The notes beneath the pieces are model-generated. The model ran no database searches. It was not told where the DNA came from and saw only the letters and a program-made list of their open reading frames with translations. A stretch of 46,973 bases of DNA from a virus (lineage: Duplodnaviria > Caudoviricetes), in IMG/VR virus record IMGVR_UViG_3300020045_000984, positions 1 through 46,973 of that record, one strand, 5' to 3'. The translations under genes and the position numbers were made by a program. Of this stretch, positions 7,562-17,106 are shown in pieces. Position 1 is the first letter of the stretch; the number at the start of each line of letters is the position of its first letter.

Positions 7562-8887
7562 GTGCTAGATACTACACTGCTGCAATTGTTTACGAATAGG
7601 GATAAGTACGAGCAGCTAGTACGCGCTGTCCCTAAGGCCGCTCTGGGGGAAGTTACGCAGGTACTCCTTGCAGACTACGGCAAGTTCTTCAATGAGTTCC
7701 CTGATGTTGAGAAGATTGAACGAGAACCCTTCTGGGTATGGTTCAAGACCTTCGGGCACCCTAAGCTAGCCCCTGAGCAGCTTGCCAAGTTCTCTAGCGT
7801 GGTTGACCAAATCACTAAGCCGGTAGCCCCTAATATCGAGCAAGGATTTACAGCTAGGCTGGTAGCAGCGGAGACTGCACTGCGATTGCAGGAAACCCTA
7901 GAGAGATACAACGAGGGAGACGAGATTAATCTTGGTGCAAGCATCCGAGATATTGTCGATAACTTCGAGATGGCTACGGATAAGAAGGTAAAGACCCCGT
8001 GGGTACGTGATGATATTAACGACCTACTCGAAGATGATGTTAGTGATCGCGGCTTCAAGTGGAGGCTGGACGAGATTAACATGGCGATGCGCCCACTAAT
8101 CTCTGGTGACTTCGGACTTATCGCTGCGCGGCCTGACGTGGGCAAGACTACCTTCCTCACGGATAACCTTACGCACTTCGCGGCTCAAATGAATGATGTT
8201 TATCCAGAGCAGGGCCGGAACATCCTCTGGTTTAATAACGAGGGTCCGGGACGGCGTATCAAGAAGCGACTATATCAGTCTGCCCTTAATGCTGGGTACT
8301 CAGACCTTATCGCCCTGCAACGTAAGGGTACGCTTAAGGATGATTACCGCAAGGCTGTCGGCGGTGACGAGGATGTTATCAGAGTGTTCGACATTCACGA
8401 CTTCTGGAATTGGGAAGTAGAGGACATTATCCGGCAGCATAACCCCGGTATCGTAGTGTTCGATATGCTGGACAACATCAAGTTCGGTGGCGCTACTGCT
8501 AACAACGGGCAGCGTACTGACCAGCTACTTGAGGCGATGTACCAGTGGGGCCGCGTTATCGGCGTAAAGCATGACTGTACTGTGCTGGCTACTTCACAGA
8601 TCAGTGCAGACGGTGAGAACCTCGCATACCCTAGCCTGTCCATGCTTAAGGACAGCAAGACCGGCAAGCAAGGTGCGGCTGACTTCATTATGACTATCGG
8701 CTTCCAATCACAGCTCAAGGACACTAGGTTCATGGGCTTGACCAAGAACAAGCTGGCCCGTGAGGGTGGCAGCAAGAGCCTGCAATTCCAAGCGATATTC
8801 GACGGCCTGCGTGGCCGGTACACTGCGCCTACCCTCACATACGAGGGCAACGATCAAGCATCTGCTGATCCTATGGAGGACGTATGA
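7562..8887 (+). CDS. DnaB-like replicative helicase
   Basis: Walker A ARPDVGKTT, VVFDMLD, SQ and KQGAAD motifs; AGGAG SD with GTG start. Confidence 0.93.
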   Translation: MLDTTLLQLFTNRDKYEQLVRAVPKAALGEVTQVLLADYGKFFNEFPDVEKIEREPFWVWFKTFGHPKLAPEQLAKFSSVVDQITKPVAPNIEQGFTARLVAAETALRLQETLERYNEGDEINLGASIRDIVDNFEMATDKKVKTPWVRDDINDLLEDDVSDRGFKWRLDEINMAMRPLISGDFGLIAARPDVGKTTFLTDNLTHFAAQMNDVYPEQGRNILWFNNEGPGRRIKKRLYQSALNAGYSDLIALQRKGTLKDDYRKAVGGDEDVIRVFDIHDFWNWEVEDIIRQHNPGIVVFDMLDNIKFGGATANNGQRTDQLLEAMYQWGRVIGVKHDCTVLATSQISADGENLAYPSLSMLKDSKTGKQGAADFIMTIGFQSQLKDTRFMGLTKNKLAREGGSKSLQFQAIFDGLRGRYTAPTLTYEGNDQASADPMEDV

Positions 8888-9243
8888 CAGAGTTGCCTAA
8901 AAATCCTGTTGCTTGGCTCCACGCCCTGCACATGGAGCAAGGGCAGGTATCAACGCGGCTTACCGATTGGGATTGTATTGATCCCGATGAACCATCATGG
9001 GGCGCATTCGGCAGGCCGGGGCGGGACTACAGCGAGGAATACACGGTAACAACGCAACCCCTCTACACCCACCCACCCGCAACCGATGTGGCTGCGCTGG
9101 TGGAGGCTGCGAAGGCGATGGGCGATGACTACATGACCAGCGAGCACCATCACCCCAGATATGTTCTCGTACCGACTGTGGCATTTGAACAGATGCGCCA
9201 AGCCCTCGCACCCTTCACGAAAGGCCAGAATGATGTTCGGTAA
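8884..9243 (+). CDS. Hypothetical protein
   Basis: GGAGG SD, ATGA overlap; PVAW...QPLYTHP pattern of small accessory phage proteins. Confidence 0.7.
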   Translation: MTELPKNPVAWLHALHMEQGQVSTRLTDWDCIDPDEPSWGAFGRPGRDYSEEYTVTTQPLYTHPPATDVAALVEAAKAMGDDYMTSEHHHPRYVLVPTVAFEQMRQALAPFTKGQNDVR

Positions 9244-9445
9244 TCGCTGCGATGGGCTGTCAGAATGCGGCCATACAACCAATTGGACCGCGCCTTGCAC
9301 CTGTGACGAGGTGTACGAAGCTAGGTCTGACGCTCAACCAGAGCCAGTTAAGCCACCACCGATCAAATACGCAAGGAGCGTAAAGCATGGGAGGCTGGAC
9401 GGTGAAGCCGTCCGCGCAATCCTGAAGGAGCAAGATGATGCGTAA
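9230..9445 (+). CDS. Small Cys-containing hypothetical protein
   Basis: AAAGG SD; bridges to the polymerase start. Confidence 0.55.
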   Translation: MMFGNRCDGLSECGHTTNWTAPCTCDEVYEARSDAQPEPVKPPPIKYARSVKHGRLDGEAVRAILKEQDDA

Positions 9446-11834
9446 CTTCGGTCCAGTCATAACCATTGACCTTGAGACTACAACCAAGAAGTCCTACAAG
9501 CGCCTAGCTAACCCGTTCGATCCTGATAACCGGATTGTGTACGTGGGTTGGCAGATTGGTCCCGGCGACCCTCAGATGGTCCGCTTCGCTACTGGTATGC
9601 CAGATGGTTGGTTCGCCGCCATGTTGGAAGAACATTGGCCTATGCTGCTTATCGGCATCAACATCAAGTTCGACCTCTTGCATCTTATCCGCCAGCCCAA
9701 GGACTACGCAGCTTATCAACGCTGGGTGGCCGCAGGCGGTAACGTCTGGGATGGTCAGCTTTCTGAGTACCTGATTGAGGGCATGGGTCAAGATAGCCAC
9801 ATGCTTAGCATGGACGAGCTTGCGCCCCGCTACGGCGGCAATACCAAGTTCGATGAGGTCAAGGAGCTATGGAAAGCTGGTGTCCAGACTGAGGACATTG
9901 ACCCCGACCTTATCAAGCGGTATCTAATTGGCAACGCGACTGAGCATGGCGACATTGGTAACACCTACCTAACCTTTAAGGGCCAGCTAGCGCGCGCCCG
10001 TGCTTGCGGCCAAGTCAAGTCGATCCTTATGAATAGCGGCTCCCTGCTCTGCACGACAGAAATGGAACGCAATGGGATGCGGGTTGACGTTGACCGTGGC
10101 CGGATCATCGCTAAGAAGATCGAAGAAGAGATTGCAACGCTTGTTACAGAGCTTGTCCAGTCCCTACCCTCCGACCTGCCTTTCGACTTCAACTGGGGGA
10201 GCGCGCAACAGAAGTCGGCCCTGCTATTCGGCGGCACCGTCCACTACGACAAGTGGCTACCACACCTGACCGAAGACGGGCAGATGCAGTACGCTATGAA
10301 AACCGTCACTGGTTACGCTACGGTATACAATCCTACTAACTGGGTTCAAGAGCCGGAAGGCGGCTGGTCCGGGGAGGAAGAAAGCAGGCTGCTTCGGTTT
10401 GCCTCTGGCAAGAACGCCGGGGAGCTTAAGACTAAGCAGATCAAGGTGCCCAACATGGATAAGCCTAAGGGCGCTATCCAGAAGGTTCCTTACGTATTCA
10501 AGGGATACACGACACCCAGCAAGAAGTGGGCTACCTCTACTCCCGGCCAGTACCAGACAGGTGCTGAGGTTATCGCTGAGCTAGGCAACAGGGACATACC
10601 GTTCCTTAAGTCGCTGGCCAAGCGTACTAGCCTAGCCAAGGACTTAACCACCTACTACATCACCATTAATGACAAGGGTGAAGAAGTAGGGATGCTAACA
10701 CTGGTGCAAGCTGATGGCATGATCCATCATATGCTTAACCATACCAGCACGGTTACTGCCCGCTTCTCGTCGAGTAACCCTAACCTGCAGAACATCCCTA
10801 AGGGTAACAAGTCAGACGTTAAGACGATCTTTATATCCCGCTGGGGTGCCAAAGGCAAGATCATCCAGTCGGACTTTACGGCTCTGGAAGTTTACGTGCA
10901 GGCCATCCTGACCAAGTGCCTGCAGCTTATCGCTGACCTTAAGGCAGGCTTGGATATGCACTGCGTTCGTGTCAGTCAGAAGAAGGGCATTGCCTACGAG
11001 GCAGCACTTAAGCTCTGCAAGGGCTACGTGGACGACGAGGGTGTATGGCATGACGCCGAGCCTGAGTGGGATTACGAGCGTACCAAGGCTAAGGTGTTCT
11101 CATTCCAGCGTGCTTATGGTGCTGGCGCTGCCAAGATCGCAGACAGTACAGGTATGCCTCAGGAAGAAGTCGAGGCCCTGATCGTGGCGGAAGAAACCCG
11201 CTACCCTGAGATTAAGGCGTTCAACGACAAGCTAATCGCTACGCTAGAGAATAGCGCAGTCGATACCGGGCATTACGTGCAACATCCTGACCTACCCGGC
11301 GTTACCTGCCATCTGCGCAAGGCAACGTGGAGAGCGCCCGACAACAAGCTGTACGCATGGAAGCAATCACCGGCACCAGACTGGCTGGCCAAGATGCCTG
11401 CCTCTAAGGGTGGCCGCATTACATCGTTCAGCCCCACTGAGGTTAAGAACTACCCGACGCAGGGTACAGGCGGAGAATGGGCTAAGGCTGCTATGTGGCT
11501 GGCTGTCCGCGAGTTCTACCGCACTGGCAACTTCGACGGCTTCGCCTTGCTGGTTAATCAGGTACATGATGCGCTCTACTCGGACGCTGAGGAACGCGCG
11601 GCTTACGCTGCGGCAGTAACCCTCCACGCCTGCATGGAAGAAGCAAGCAGCTTCATGGAGTATTACTTCGGGTGGCTGGTCCCTGTACCAGTACCTAGCG
11701 ACACCAAATGGGGAGACAGCATGGCAGCAGAAGGTAAGCTGCCTGACGGATTTAAGGAAGACGTTGAGATAGCCCGCCTTGACGTTAGGAAACGATACAT
11801 GGGCGACTTTATCCCTAGCTTTACCAAGGAGTAA
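9435..11834 (+). CDS. DNA polymerase, family A
   Basis: Exo I DLETT, RFSSSNPNLQN, motif A DFTALE, motif B RTKAKVFSFQRAYG, motif C VHDA. Confidence 0.97.
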   Translation: MMRNFGPVITIDLETTTKKSYKRLANPFDPDNRIVYVGWQIGPGDPQMVRFATGMPDGWFAAMLEEHWPMLLIGINIKFDLLHLIRQPKDYAAYQRWVAAGGNVWDGQLSEYLIEGMGQDSHMLSMDELAPRYGGNTKFDEVKELWKAGVQTEDIDPDLIKRYLIGNATEHGDIGNTYLTFKGQLARARACGQVKSILMNSGSLLCTTEMERNGMRVDVDRGRIIAKKIEEEIATLVTELVQSLPSDLPFDFNWGSAQQKSALLFGGTVHYDKWLPHLTEDGQMQYAMKTVTGYATVYNPTNWVQEPEGGWSGEEESRLLRFASGKNAGELKTKQIKVPNMDKPKGAIQKVPYVFKGYTTPSKKWATSTPGQYQTGAEVIAELGNRDIPFLKSLAKRTSLAKDLTTYYITINDKGEEVGMLTLVQADGMIHHMLNHTSTVTARFSSSNPNLQNIPKGNKSDVKTIFISRWGAKGKIIQSDFTALEVYVQAILTKCLQLIADLKAGLDMHCVRVSQKKGIAYEAALKLCKGYVDDEGVWHDAEPEWDYERTKAKVFSFQRAYGAGAAKIADSTGMPQEEVEALIVAEETRYPEIKAFNDKLIATLENSAVDTGHYVQHPDLPGVTCHLRKATWRAPDNKLYAWKQSPAPDWLAKMPASKGGRITSFSPTEVKNYPTQGTGGEWAKAAMWLAVREFYRTGNFDGFALLVNQVHDALYSDAEERAAYAAAVTLHACMEEASSFMEYYFGWLVPVPVPSDTKWGDSMAAEGKLPDGFKEDVEIARLDVRKRYMGDFIPSFTKE

Positions 11835-11837
11835 CAC

Positions 11838-12626
11838 ATGGCTACTAATAAGTTTGCAGCAGCAGTCGCAGCAGCAGCCGAGCAGGAAGACTTCAACGAG
11901 GTCCAACAGGGCGGCAACTTCGAGCCGTTGGCAGAAGGCCCGGTACGCCTACGCTTTATCGAGTACATCGAATATGGTGAGCACGAGAGCGAGTGGCAGG
12001 GCAAGTCACGTAAGAAGGAAGAAGTGCGCTTCGCCTTCGAAGTAACAGGCCCTAAGATCGAGCCTCGTGAGGACGGCCTGCCACACATCATCTACTTTAA
12101 GGCTAATAAGAGCCTGTCCGAGAAGTCTACGTTCTACAAGTTGTTCCGCAAGATGAACTACGATGGTTCGCATAAGGTCTTCGCCTCTATGCTTGGCCTC
12201 GCATTCCGTGGGCAGATTTACCACACCGTTTCAGGCGAGGGCGACAAGAAGCGGACGTATGCTGGCCTGCGTGATGCAGACGGCGCGTTCAGCGTATCGC
12301 CGCCTTACTATGACGATCCAGAAAGCGGCGAACGCCGTATGCTGAACGTCCCTGAGCCTAAGGCAGAGCTTCGCCTGTTCATGTGGGCACTGGCCGACAA
12401 GGAGCAGTGGGACAGCCTGTTCATCGACGGCGAATGGGAAGCAACGGCAGAGCGGCCTGCTAAGTCCAAGAACATCCATCAAGAGAAAATCCGTACTGCG
12501 GTTAACTGGGTTGGTTCGCCAATGCAGGAGCTTCTGTTTGGAGACGTTGACGTAGGCGAAGCCGAGCGCACTGAGCGTAAGGCTAGCACGGCAGCCGGTG
12601 ATCCGCTGGACAACATCCCGCTGTGA
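11838..12626 (+). CDS. Conserved replication-module protein, putative ssDNA-binding
   Basis: Position after PolA; acidic tail ending DPLDNIPL resembles SSB tails (DDIPF). Confidence 0.65.
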   Translation: MATNKFAAAVAAAAEQEDFNEVQQGGNFEPLAEGPVRLRFIEYIEYGEHESEWQGKSRKKEEVRFAFEVTGPKIEPREDGLPHIIYFKANKSLSEKSTFYKLFRKMNYDGSHKVFASMLGLAFRGQIYHTVSGEGDKKRTYAGLRDADGAFSVSPPYYDDPESGERRMLNVPEPKAELRLFMWALADKEQWDSLFIDGEWEATAERPAKSKNIHQEKIRTAVNWVGSPMQELLFGDVDVGEAERTERKASTAAGDPLDNIPL

Positions 12627-12650
12627 TCTTCTGGATAATCCTGTTGTGTT

Positions 12651-12683
12651 TGGTGGGGGCAGCTATAGCGGCTGCTCTCACTA
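12651..12683 (+). promoter_or_regulatory. Intergenic 14-bp hairpin (RNase III-site-like or terminator)
   Basis: TGGTGGGGGCAGCT-ATAGC-GGCTGCTCTCACTA, 4 G-U pairs. Confidence 0.55.
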
Positions 12684-12707
12684 GCCCCTCTGACTATGGG
12701 AGCCACT

Positions 12708-13688
12708 ATGAAGTTCGCTACTGCAATCGCCCTAGCTGAGGAAACTCAAGCAATTCGAGACGCTCCCGCTACTGTGCCGGGGCGTAAGGTTCATATCGAC
12801 GGTGACTACCTCTGCTACTATGCAGCGGGTAACGATGACGTTGACCCCGGCCTAGCCCGGATGAACGCCGCCCAGTATATCGAACACGCTAGGGTGTGGG
12901 CTGGGGCCGAAAAGGCCGTCCTGCACCTCACGGCCTCAGGTTGCCACAAAGCCGAGAGATACCTCGTAGCCACGCGTAAGCCATATCAGGGGCAGCGCAG
13001 CGGGGACCGCCGCCCTAAGAACTGGGGCTACCTACGTGAGTGGTCCTGCGGCTACGCTGGCGACCAGTTCATCAAGAAGGTATGGGCAACCCGCGAAGCA
13101 GACGATGGCATAGCCTTGTGCGCCCAGTGGGCCGCAGAGCGGGGGAGCTTAGACGTTATCTGCACGGCTGATAAGGACATGCGTATGCTTCCCGGCATCC
13201 ACCTTGACTGGAAAGATAACAGCCTGCAAACAACCGTGGGCCTAGATGACTGGGAAGTTCTTGGCGATGACGGCAAGGTTTACGGAGAGAAGTGGTTCTG
13301 GCTGCAGATGCTTCATGGCGATGCTGCTGACAACATCCCCGGCCTAGAGTACGCCATCCTTCCGGTAGTGGCTGGTAAGCCTGAGCGCATGACCAAAGTT
13401 GGCCCAGCCACGGCACTAAAGCTGCTGTCTGGCCTACACGAGCCGCAAGAAATCAGAAATGCCGTACAGGACGCCTACCTTACCTCTTACCGGGGCACGG
13501 GTGACGGGCCTGACCGCTTTGCCGAGCAGGCCGCTCTGCTCTGGCTACGCCGGGACAACACGGCAGAGGTACGAGACTTCGCCAACTTCATGGGCAGTCG
13601 GCTGGACCCCGTAATTCACGCAGGGTTCGACCGCTTGGTTGAGAGAGTTACCAATGCGCGTAAGGAAATCGAAAGCCTATCTTCGTGA
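12708..13688 (+). CDS. 5'-3' exonuclease (T7 gp6/FEN-like)
   Basis: IDGD, YQGQR, EADD, DKDM and GDAADNIPG motifs; start 12708 (GGAG SD) or 12696. Confidence 0.92.
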   Translation: MKFATAIALAEETQAIRDAPATVPGRKVHIDGDYLCYYAAGNDDVDPGLARMNAAQYIEHARVWAGAEKAVLHLTASGCHKAERYLVATRKPYQGQRSGDRRPKNWGYLREWSCGYAGDQFIKKVWATREADDGIALCAQWAAERGSLDVICTADKDMRMLPGIHLDWKDNSLQTTVGLDDWEVLGDDGKVYGEKWFWLQMLHGDAADNIPGLEYAILPVVAGKPERMTKVGPATALKLLSGLHEPQEIRNAVQDAYLTSYRGTGDGPDRFAEQAALLWLRRDNTAEVRDFANFMGSRLDPVIHAGFDRLVERVTNARKEIESLSS

Positions 13689-13750
13689 GTACGAGCTAGC
13701 AAACTGGCCCCTTCACGGCGTAGTAACGGCAGCATTATTGGAGGGCCTAA

Positions 13751-14134
13751 ATGAGGCGATTAACAACACGAGAAGTAGCGATACTTCGCGGCAATCAGAT
13801 GGCCCAGCAGGGCGGTAAGTGCTCGATTTGCGGAGGGCCGTTTGGCCGCTCTGAAATGGCGCTAGACCCCGTGCTAGATCATTGTCACAAGTCGGGAGCG
13901 GTGCGCGGCACCCTTCATCGGTCTTGCAACGCCTTGCTTGGCAAGGTAGAGAACAATCAGGCCCGCTTCGGCAAGGTAGACTTATCTGCATTTCTGCACG
14001 GTACGGCTAAGTACTTGCAAATACACAGCACTAACGTAACCGGCCTGATCCATCCCACGCATAAGACTGAGGACGAGAAGCGCATTGCCACCAACAAGCG
14101 CCGCCAAGTCGCACGAGCTAGGAAGAAAGTATGA
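13751..14134 (+). CDS. Endonuclease VII-like Holliday junction resolvase
   Basis: CSIC...LDHCH...VRGTLHRSCN motif. Confidence 0.92.
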   Translation: MRRLTTREVAILRGNQMAQQGGKCSICGGPFGRSEMALDPVLDHCHKSGAVRGTLHRSCNALLGKVENNQARFGKVDLSAFLHGTAKYLQIHSTNVTGLIHPTHKTEDEKRIATNKRRQVARARKKV

Positions 14135-14292
14135 AACGCCGAGAGTTCTTAGATACTTGTCGCAGGTTGCTGACTACCATGGAATTTGACCATGAAGAGC
14201 ATACTGGCATAGACGAGGACCACGAAATGCCGTTCAAAGATTGGCTGGGTGAGATAGCCGCAGTAGAGGAGAACACGCATGGCGAAACGTAA
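14131..14292 (+). CDS. 53-aa acidic hypothetical protein (below the ORF-track cutoff)
   Basis: MKRREFLDTC...NTHGET*; ATGA overlap with endonuclease VII. Confidence 0.55.
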   Translation: MKRREFLDTCRRLLTTMEFDHEEHTGIDEDHEMPFKDWLGEIAAVEENTHGET

Positions 14293-15487
14293 GCCTGAGT
14301 TCTTCACACCAGAGGAGCTAATCGCAGCAATCGCTGCTGCTGATGGCTCATTACCCAAGACCGCCAAGGCCCTTACCGCCTTAGGGCGAGGCCCAGTGAC
14401 AGTGCAGCTTCTGCGCTCATGGATCACGCGCTACGACCATAGTGAGCTTGGCGAGCAATTCGACCGGGCTAAAGCTATTTCCCAGACGCGCAATACACAG
14501 GCCGCTAACAACAGCCTGCGCCGGGAGAACCGCGCCCTTGCCGACGCTATCGGAGATAGAGAGGCCCTGCTCGACGCACTTAGCCAGATGGCCTCGGACA
14601 TTGAGGCTCGGCCCCCTGTAGACATTAAGGCGTTCTTAGGCTCTCAGGCCGGTCGTCCTATGACGGTAGAGCTTCTTCTGTCGGACCTGCAGATAGGCAA
14701 GCTGTCCTCGTCTTACAACACGCAGGTATCGCGCAAGCGCCTATTCGAGTACACCCGGTCAGCCCTGTTCCAAATCGAGCAGAAGAAGAACGCCGGGTAT
14801 CGTATTGAAAAGATCGTGCTTGGCCTGCTTGGCGACATTATCGAGAGCGACAAGAAGCATGAGAACAGCGGCAAGGCTACTGACAGCACTACCGCAGAGC
14901 AGCTTTACGATGCTATGTCTGGCATCTTTGAGTTCGTTATCGAGCCGCTAGCCCGTGAGGGCATCCCTATGGAAGTAATCGGCATTGTCGGTAATCACGA
15001 CTGGGATGGCCACGGTATGAATATGTTTGAGCCGGGGAAGTCTATGCTTACTTGGCCGATGTACCGCATGATGGAGCTGCTAACAACAAGGTGTGGGTAT
15101 AGTCATGTCACTTGGAACATTCCCGAAGGCAGCTACGGCACCGGAGAGTTCTATGGCCAGCGCGTCATATATGAGCACGGCTATGGAGTTGCTAACAACG
15201 AAGCTGCCCTCAAAAAGCATAAAGTCAATCGTTCTGAACAAGAGCAGAACCACATCACGTACCTACGAGTTGGTGACAAGCATACGGTCACTTCCTACAA
15301 CTCCGGCCAAATTGTCGTCAACGGCGCGTTCTTTGGTAGCGGCGCGGGCGGCGGAGAGTATTCGGAAATCGCTGGGTACGCTTCTATCCCCGGACAATGG
15401 ATGGGGTTCCACGTCCCAAGGCGTAAGCCCAACATGCTCACCCTGTACGACACTTTCGTTATCCAGCTTGGAGGAGTTACTGAATGA
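14279..15487 (+). CDS. Calcineurin-like metallophosphoesterase with N-terminal helical/HTH region
   Basis: SDLQIG, GDIIE, GNHD, EHG and GDKH motifs; GAGGAG SD. Confidence 0.85.
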   Translation: MAKRKPEFFTPEELIAAIAAADGSLPKTAKALTALGRGPVTVQLLRSWITRYDHSELGEQFDRAKAISQTRNTQAANNSLRRENRALADAIGDREALLDALSQMASDIEARPPVDIKAFLGSQAGRPMTVELLLSDLQIGKLSSSYNTQVSRKRLFEYTRSALFQIEQKKNAGYRIEKIVLGLLGDIIESDKKHENSGKATDSTTAEQLYDAMSGIFEFVIEPLAREGIPMEVIGIVGNHDWDGHGMNMFEPGKSMLTWPMYRMMELLTTRCGYSHVTWNIPEGSYGTGEFYGQRVIYEHGYGVANNEAALKKHKVNRSEQEQNHITYLRVGDKHTVTSYNSGQIVVNGAFFGSGAGGGEYSEIAGYASIPGQWMGFHVPRRKPNMLTLYDTFVIQLGGVTE

Positions 15488-15951
15488 CTACGCAAACCTC
15501 AAACGATACGGCAAGCAACGTGCTGAACATCACAAGCCCGAACGACACCCGCTGGTGTCTGGGGGCGGACGGGAAAGTTTATGGGGACTTCATGCAGTAC
15601 CAAAAGGACACTGCGTCCTCGCCAACACCACCTGACCCAACTAACCAGCAGGGCGTCGGTATGAAGTACGATGGCGGCAAGCCTCGCTGGTCGCTTATGA
15701 TGCAGGGCCTTCCGAAGTTCCTAGATGGTATCGCAGCGGTACTCACCTTTGGTGCTAAGAAGTACGCGGCGCATTCTTGGCGTACAGTTCCAGAAGGCTA
15801 CGAGCGTTACCGGGACGCGCTGTATAGGCACTTGGCGGCTATTGAGCGCGGGGAGTACCTCGACCCTGAGAGCGGCCTGCCGCACTGGCATCACGTAGGC
15901 TGTAACGCAGGCTTCTGTTCGGAGCTTGCCCAAGTACCAACGGCATCATAA
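15484..15951 (+). CDS. dATP/dGTP diphosphohydrolase-like protein (DUF5664-like)
   Basis: KYDGGKPRW...FGAKKY...W...DALYRH...DPESGLPHWHH pattern. Confidence 0.8.
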   Translation: MTTQTSNDTASNVLNITSPNDTRWCLGADGKVYGDFMQYQKDTASSPTPPDPTNQQGVGMKYDGGKPRWSLMMQGLPKFLDGIAAVLTFGAKKYAAHSWRTVPEGYERYRDALYRHLAAIERGEYLDPESGLPHWHHVGCNAGFCSELAQVPTAS

Positions 15952-16205
15952 TGCTATTTGACGCGCTGCTGGTCTTCGTGGCCAGCTTCGTGTTTATCTT
16001 CCTAAAGTCATGGCAACAGCTAAACGTGGTGCATCACCAGTTATGGTGGATCGTACCAACTAGCTTTGCTATGGCGATAGCGGAGGTGTTCACGGTAGTA
16101 AACATGGCCACACACGGCTGGGGATGGGTAGTAGTGCCCATCGGCTTGGGTAGCGGACTTGGTTCGCTTATCTCCACGGTACTCCATAAAAGGACTAGAA
16201 AGTAA
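15951..16205 (+). CDS. Small multi-TM membrane protein
   Basis: About 3 hydrophobic segments, basic C-terminus, TAATG overlaps at both ends. Confidence 0.7.
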   Translation: MLFDALLVFVASFVFIFLKSWQQLNVVHHQLWWIVPTSFAMAIAEVFTVVNMATHGWGWVVVPIGLGSGLGSLISTVLHKRTRK

Positions 16206-17059
16206 TGGCTGGCGACTACATAATTCAGAAAGCGGTTGAAGCAAGCAAGGTCAAGAAGGGCTGCCTGCTCCCGCTTAATCAGTACGAACAGCAGGCCAAG
16301 TACGATGGTTGCTGCGCTATATTGAAGTTCGGCACAGGTGGCCGCTTTATTGAGGCCCTGTCCCGCACGGGGGAAAATGCGATTTCTATGGAGAACATCG
16401 GCATCGCCATGTACCAGCTGTACGGGGACGCTATTGCTAACACCGTAATCATTGGCGAGGCGTGGTGGCCCGGTAAAGGCGAGTTCAACAAGATCAGCGG
16501 TGAGTTCCGCAGATACACACCGAGCGACAAGCTGCTACTTGCAATCAACGACGTGATCCCGCTTACTGACTTTGAGCGGGGCGAGTGCGACACTGAGTAC
16601 CAAGAGCGTGTCCGGGCATGGCGTACAGTTAAGGAAGAGCGGTTCTTCTTTGTCCAGTGCTACTGGCCGGGAAGCAGCGACCCACAGGAAAAGTGCAACC
16701 AGCTTGTAAAGGTTGGCGGCTTCGACGGGCTTATCCTCCGCAAGCAGGATGGTAAGTGGAAGGTAGGCCGTGGCACGACAGGCGAGATTGTTAAGGTAAA
16801 GCAGAAGCTGTCCTTTGATATGCAGGTGCTTGAGGTCAACGTAGTCACTGGGGAGAAGACGGGGCGTGATGTGTTTAAGCTCGTTGTTGACTTCGGCGGT
16901 AAGCCGCTTGGCGTTGGGTCAGGCCTCCCGCACACCAGAGAGGAAGTCCCGAATGTCGGGGACATTGTTGAAGTCGAGGCGATGGACTACAGCTCAGACG
17001 GGCTGCTGCGTGAGCCGAGGTTCAAGGGAGTGCGGTTCGACAAGCTGCAGCCAGACTGA
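16205..17059 (+). CDS. ATP-dependent DNA ligase
   Basis: KYDG adenylation motif, IGE, DGLILR, KVK, LREPRFKGVRFDK. Confidence 0.93.
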   Translation: MAGDYIIQKAVEASKVKKGCLLPLNQYEQQAKYDGCCAILKFGTGGRFIEALSRTGENAISMENIGIAMYQLYGDAIANTVIIGEAWWPGKGEFNKISGEFRRYTPSDKLLLAINDVIPLTDFERGECDTEYQERVRAWRTVKEERFFFVQCYWPGSSDPQEKCNQLVKVGGFDGLILRKQDGKWKVGRGTTGEIVKVKQKLSFDMQVLEVNVVTGEKTGRDVFKLVVDFGGKPLGVGSGLPHTREEVPNVGDIVEVEAMDYSSDGLLREPRFKGVRFDKLQPD

Positions 17060-17093
17060 ACTGGCCTACTCGAATAGCTTAGGCTGGTACTGG
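17051..17093 (+). promoter_or_regulatory. Imperfect hairpin upstream of the RNAP RBS
   Basis: ACTGGCCTA/TAGGCTGGT plus outer CCAG/CTGG. Confidence 0.4.
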
Positions 17094-17106
17094 ATTAGGA
17101 GATAAG

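Noticed and set aside
15484-15951. 2-aminoadenine (Z) genome system
   Set aside because: A DUF5664-like gene is present but no PurZ or DatZ-like gene is recognisable in the window
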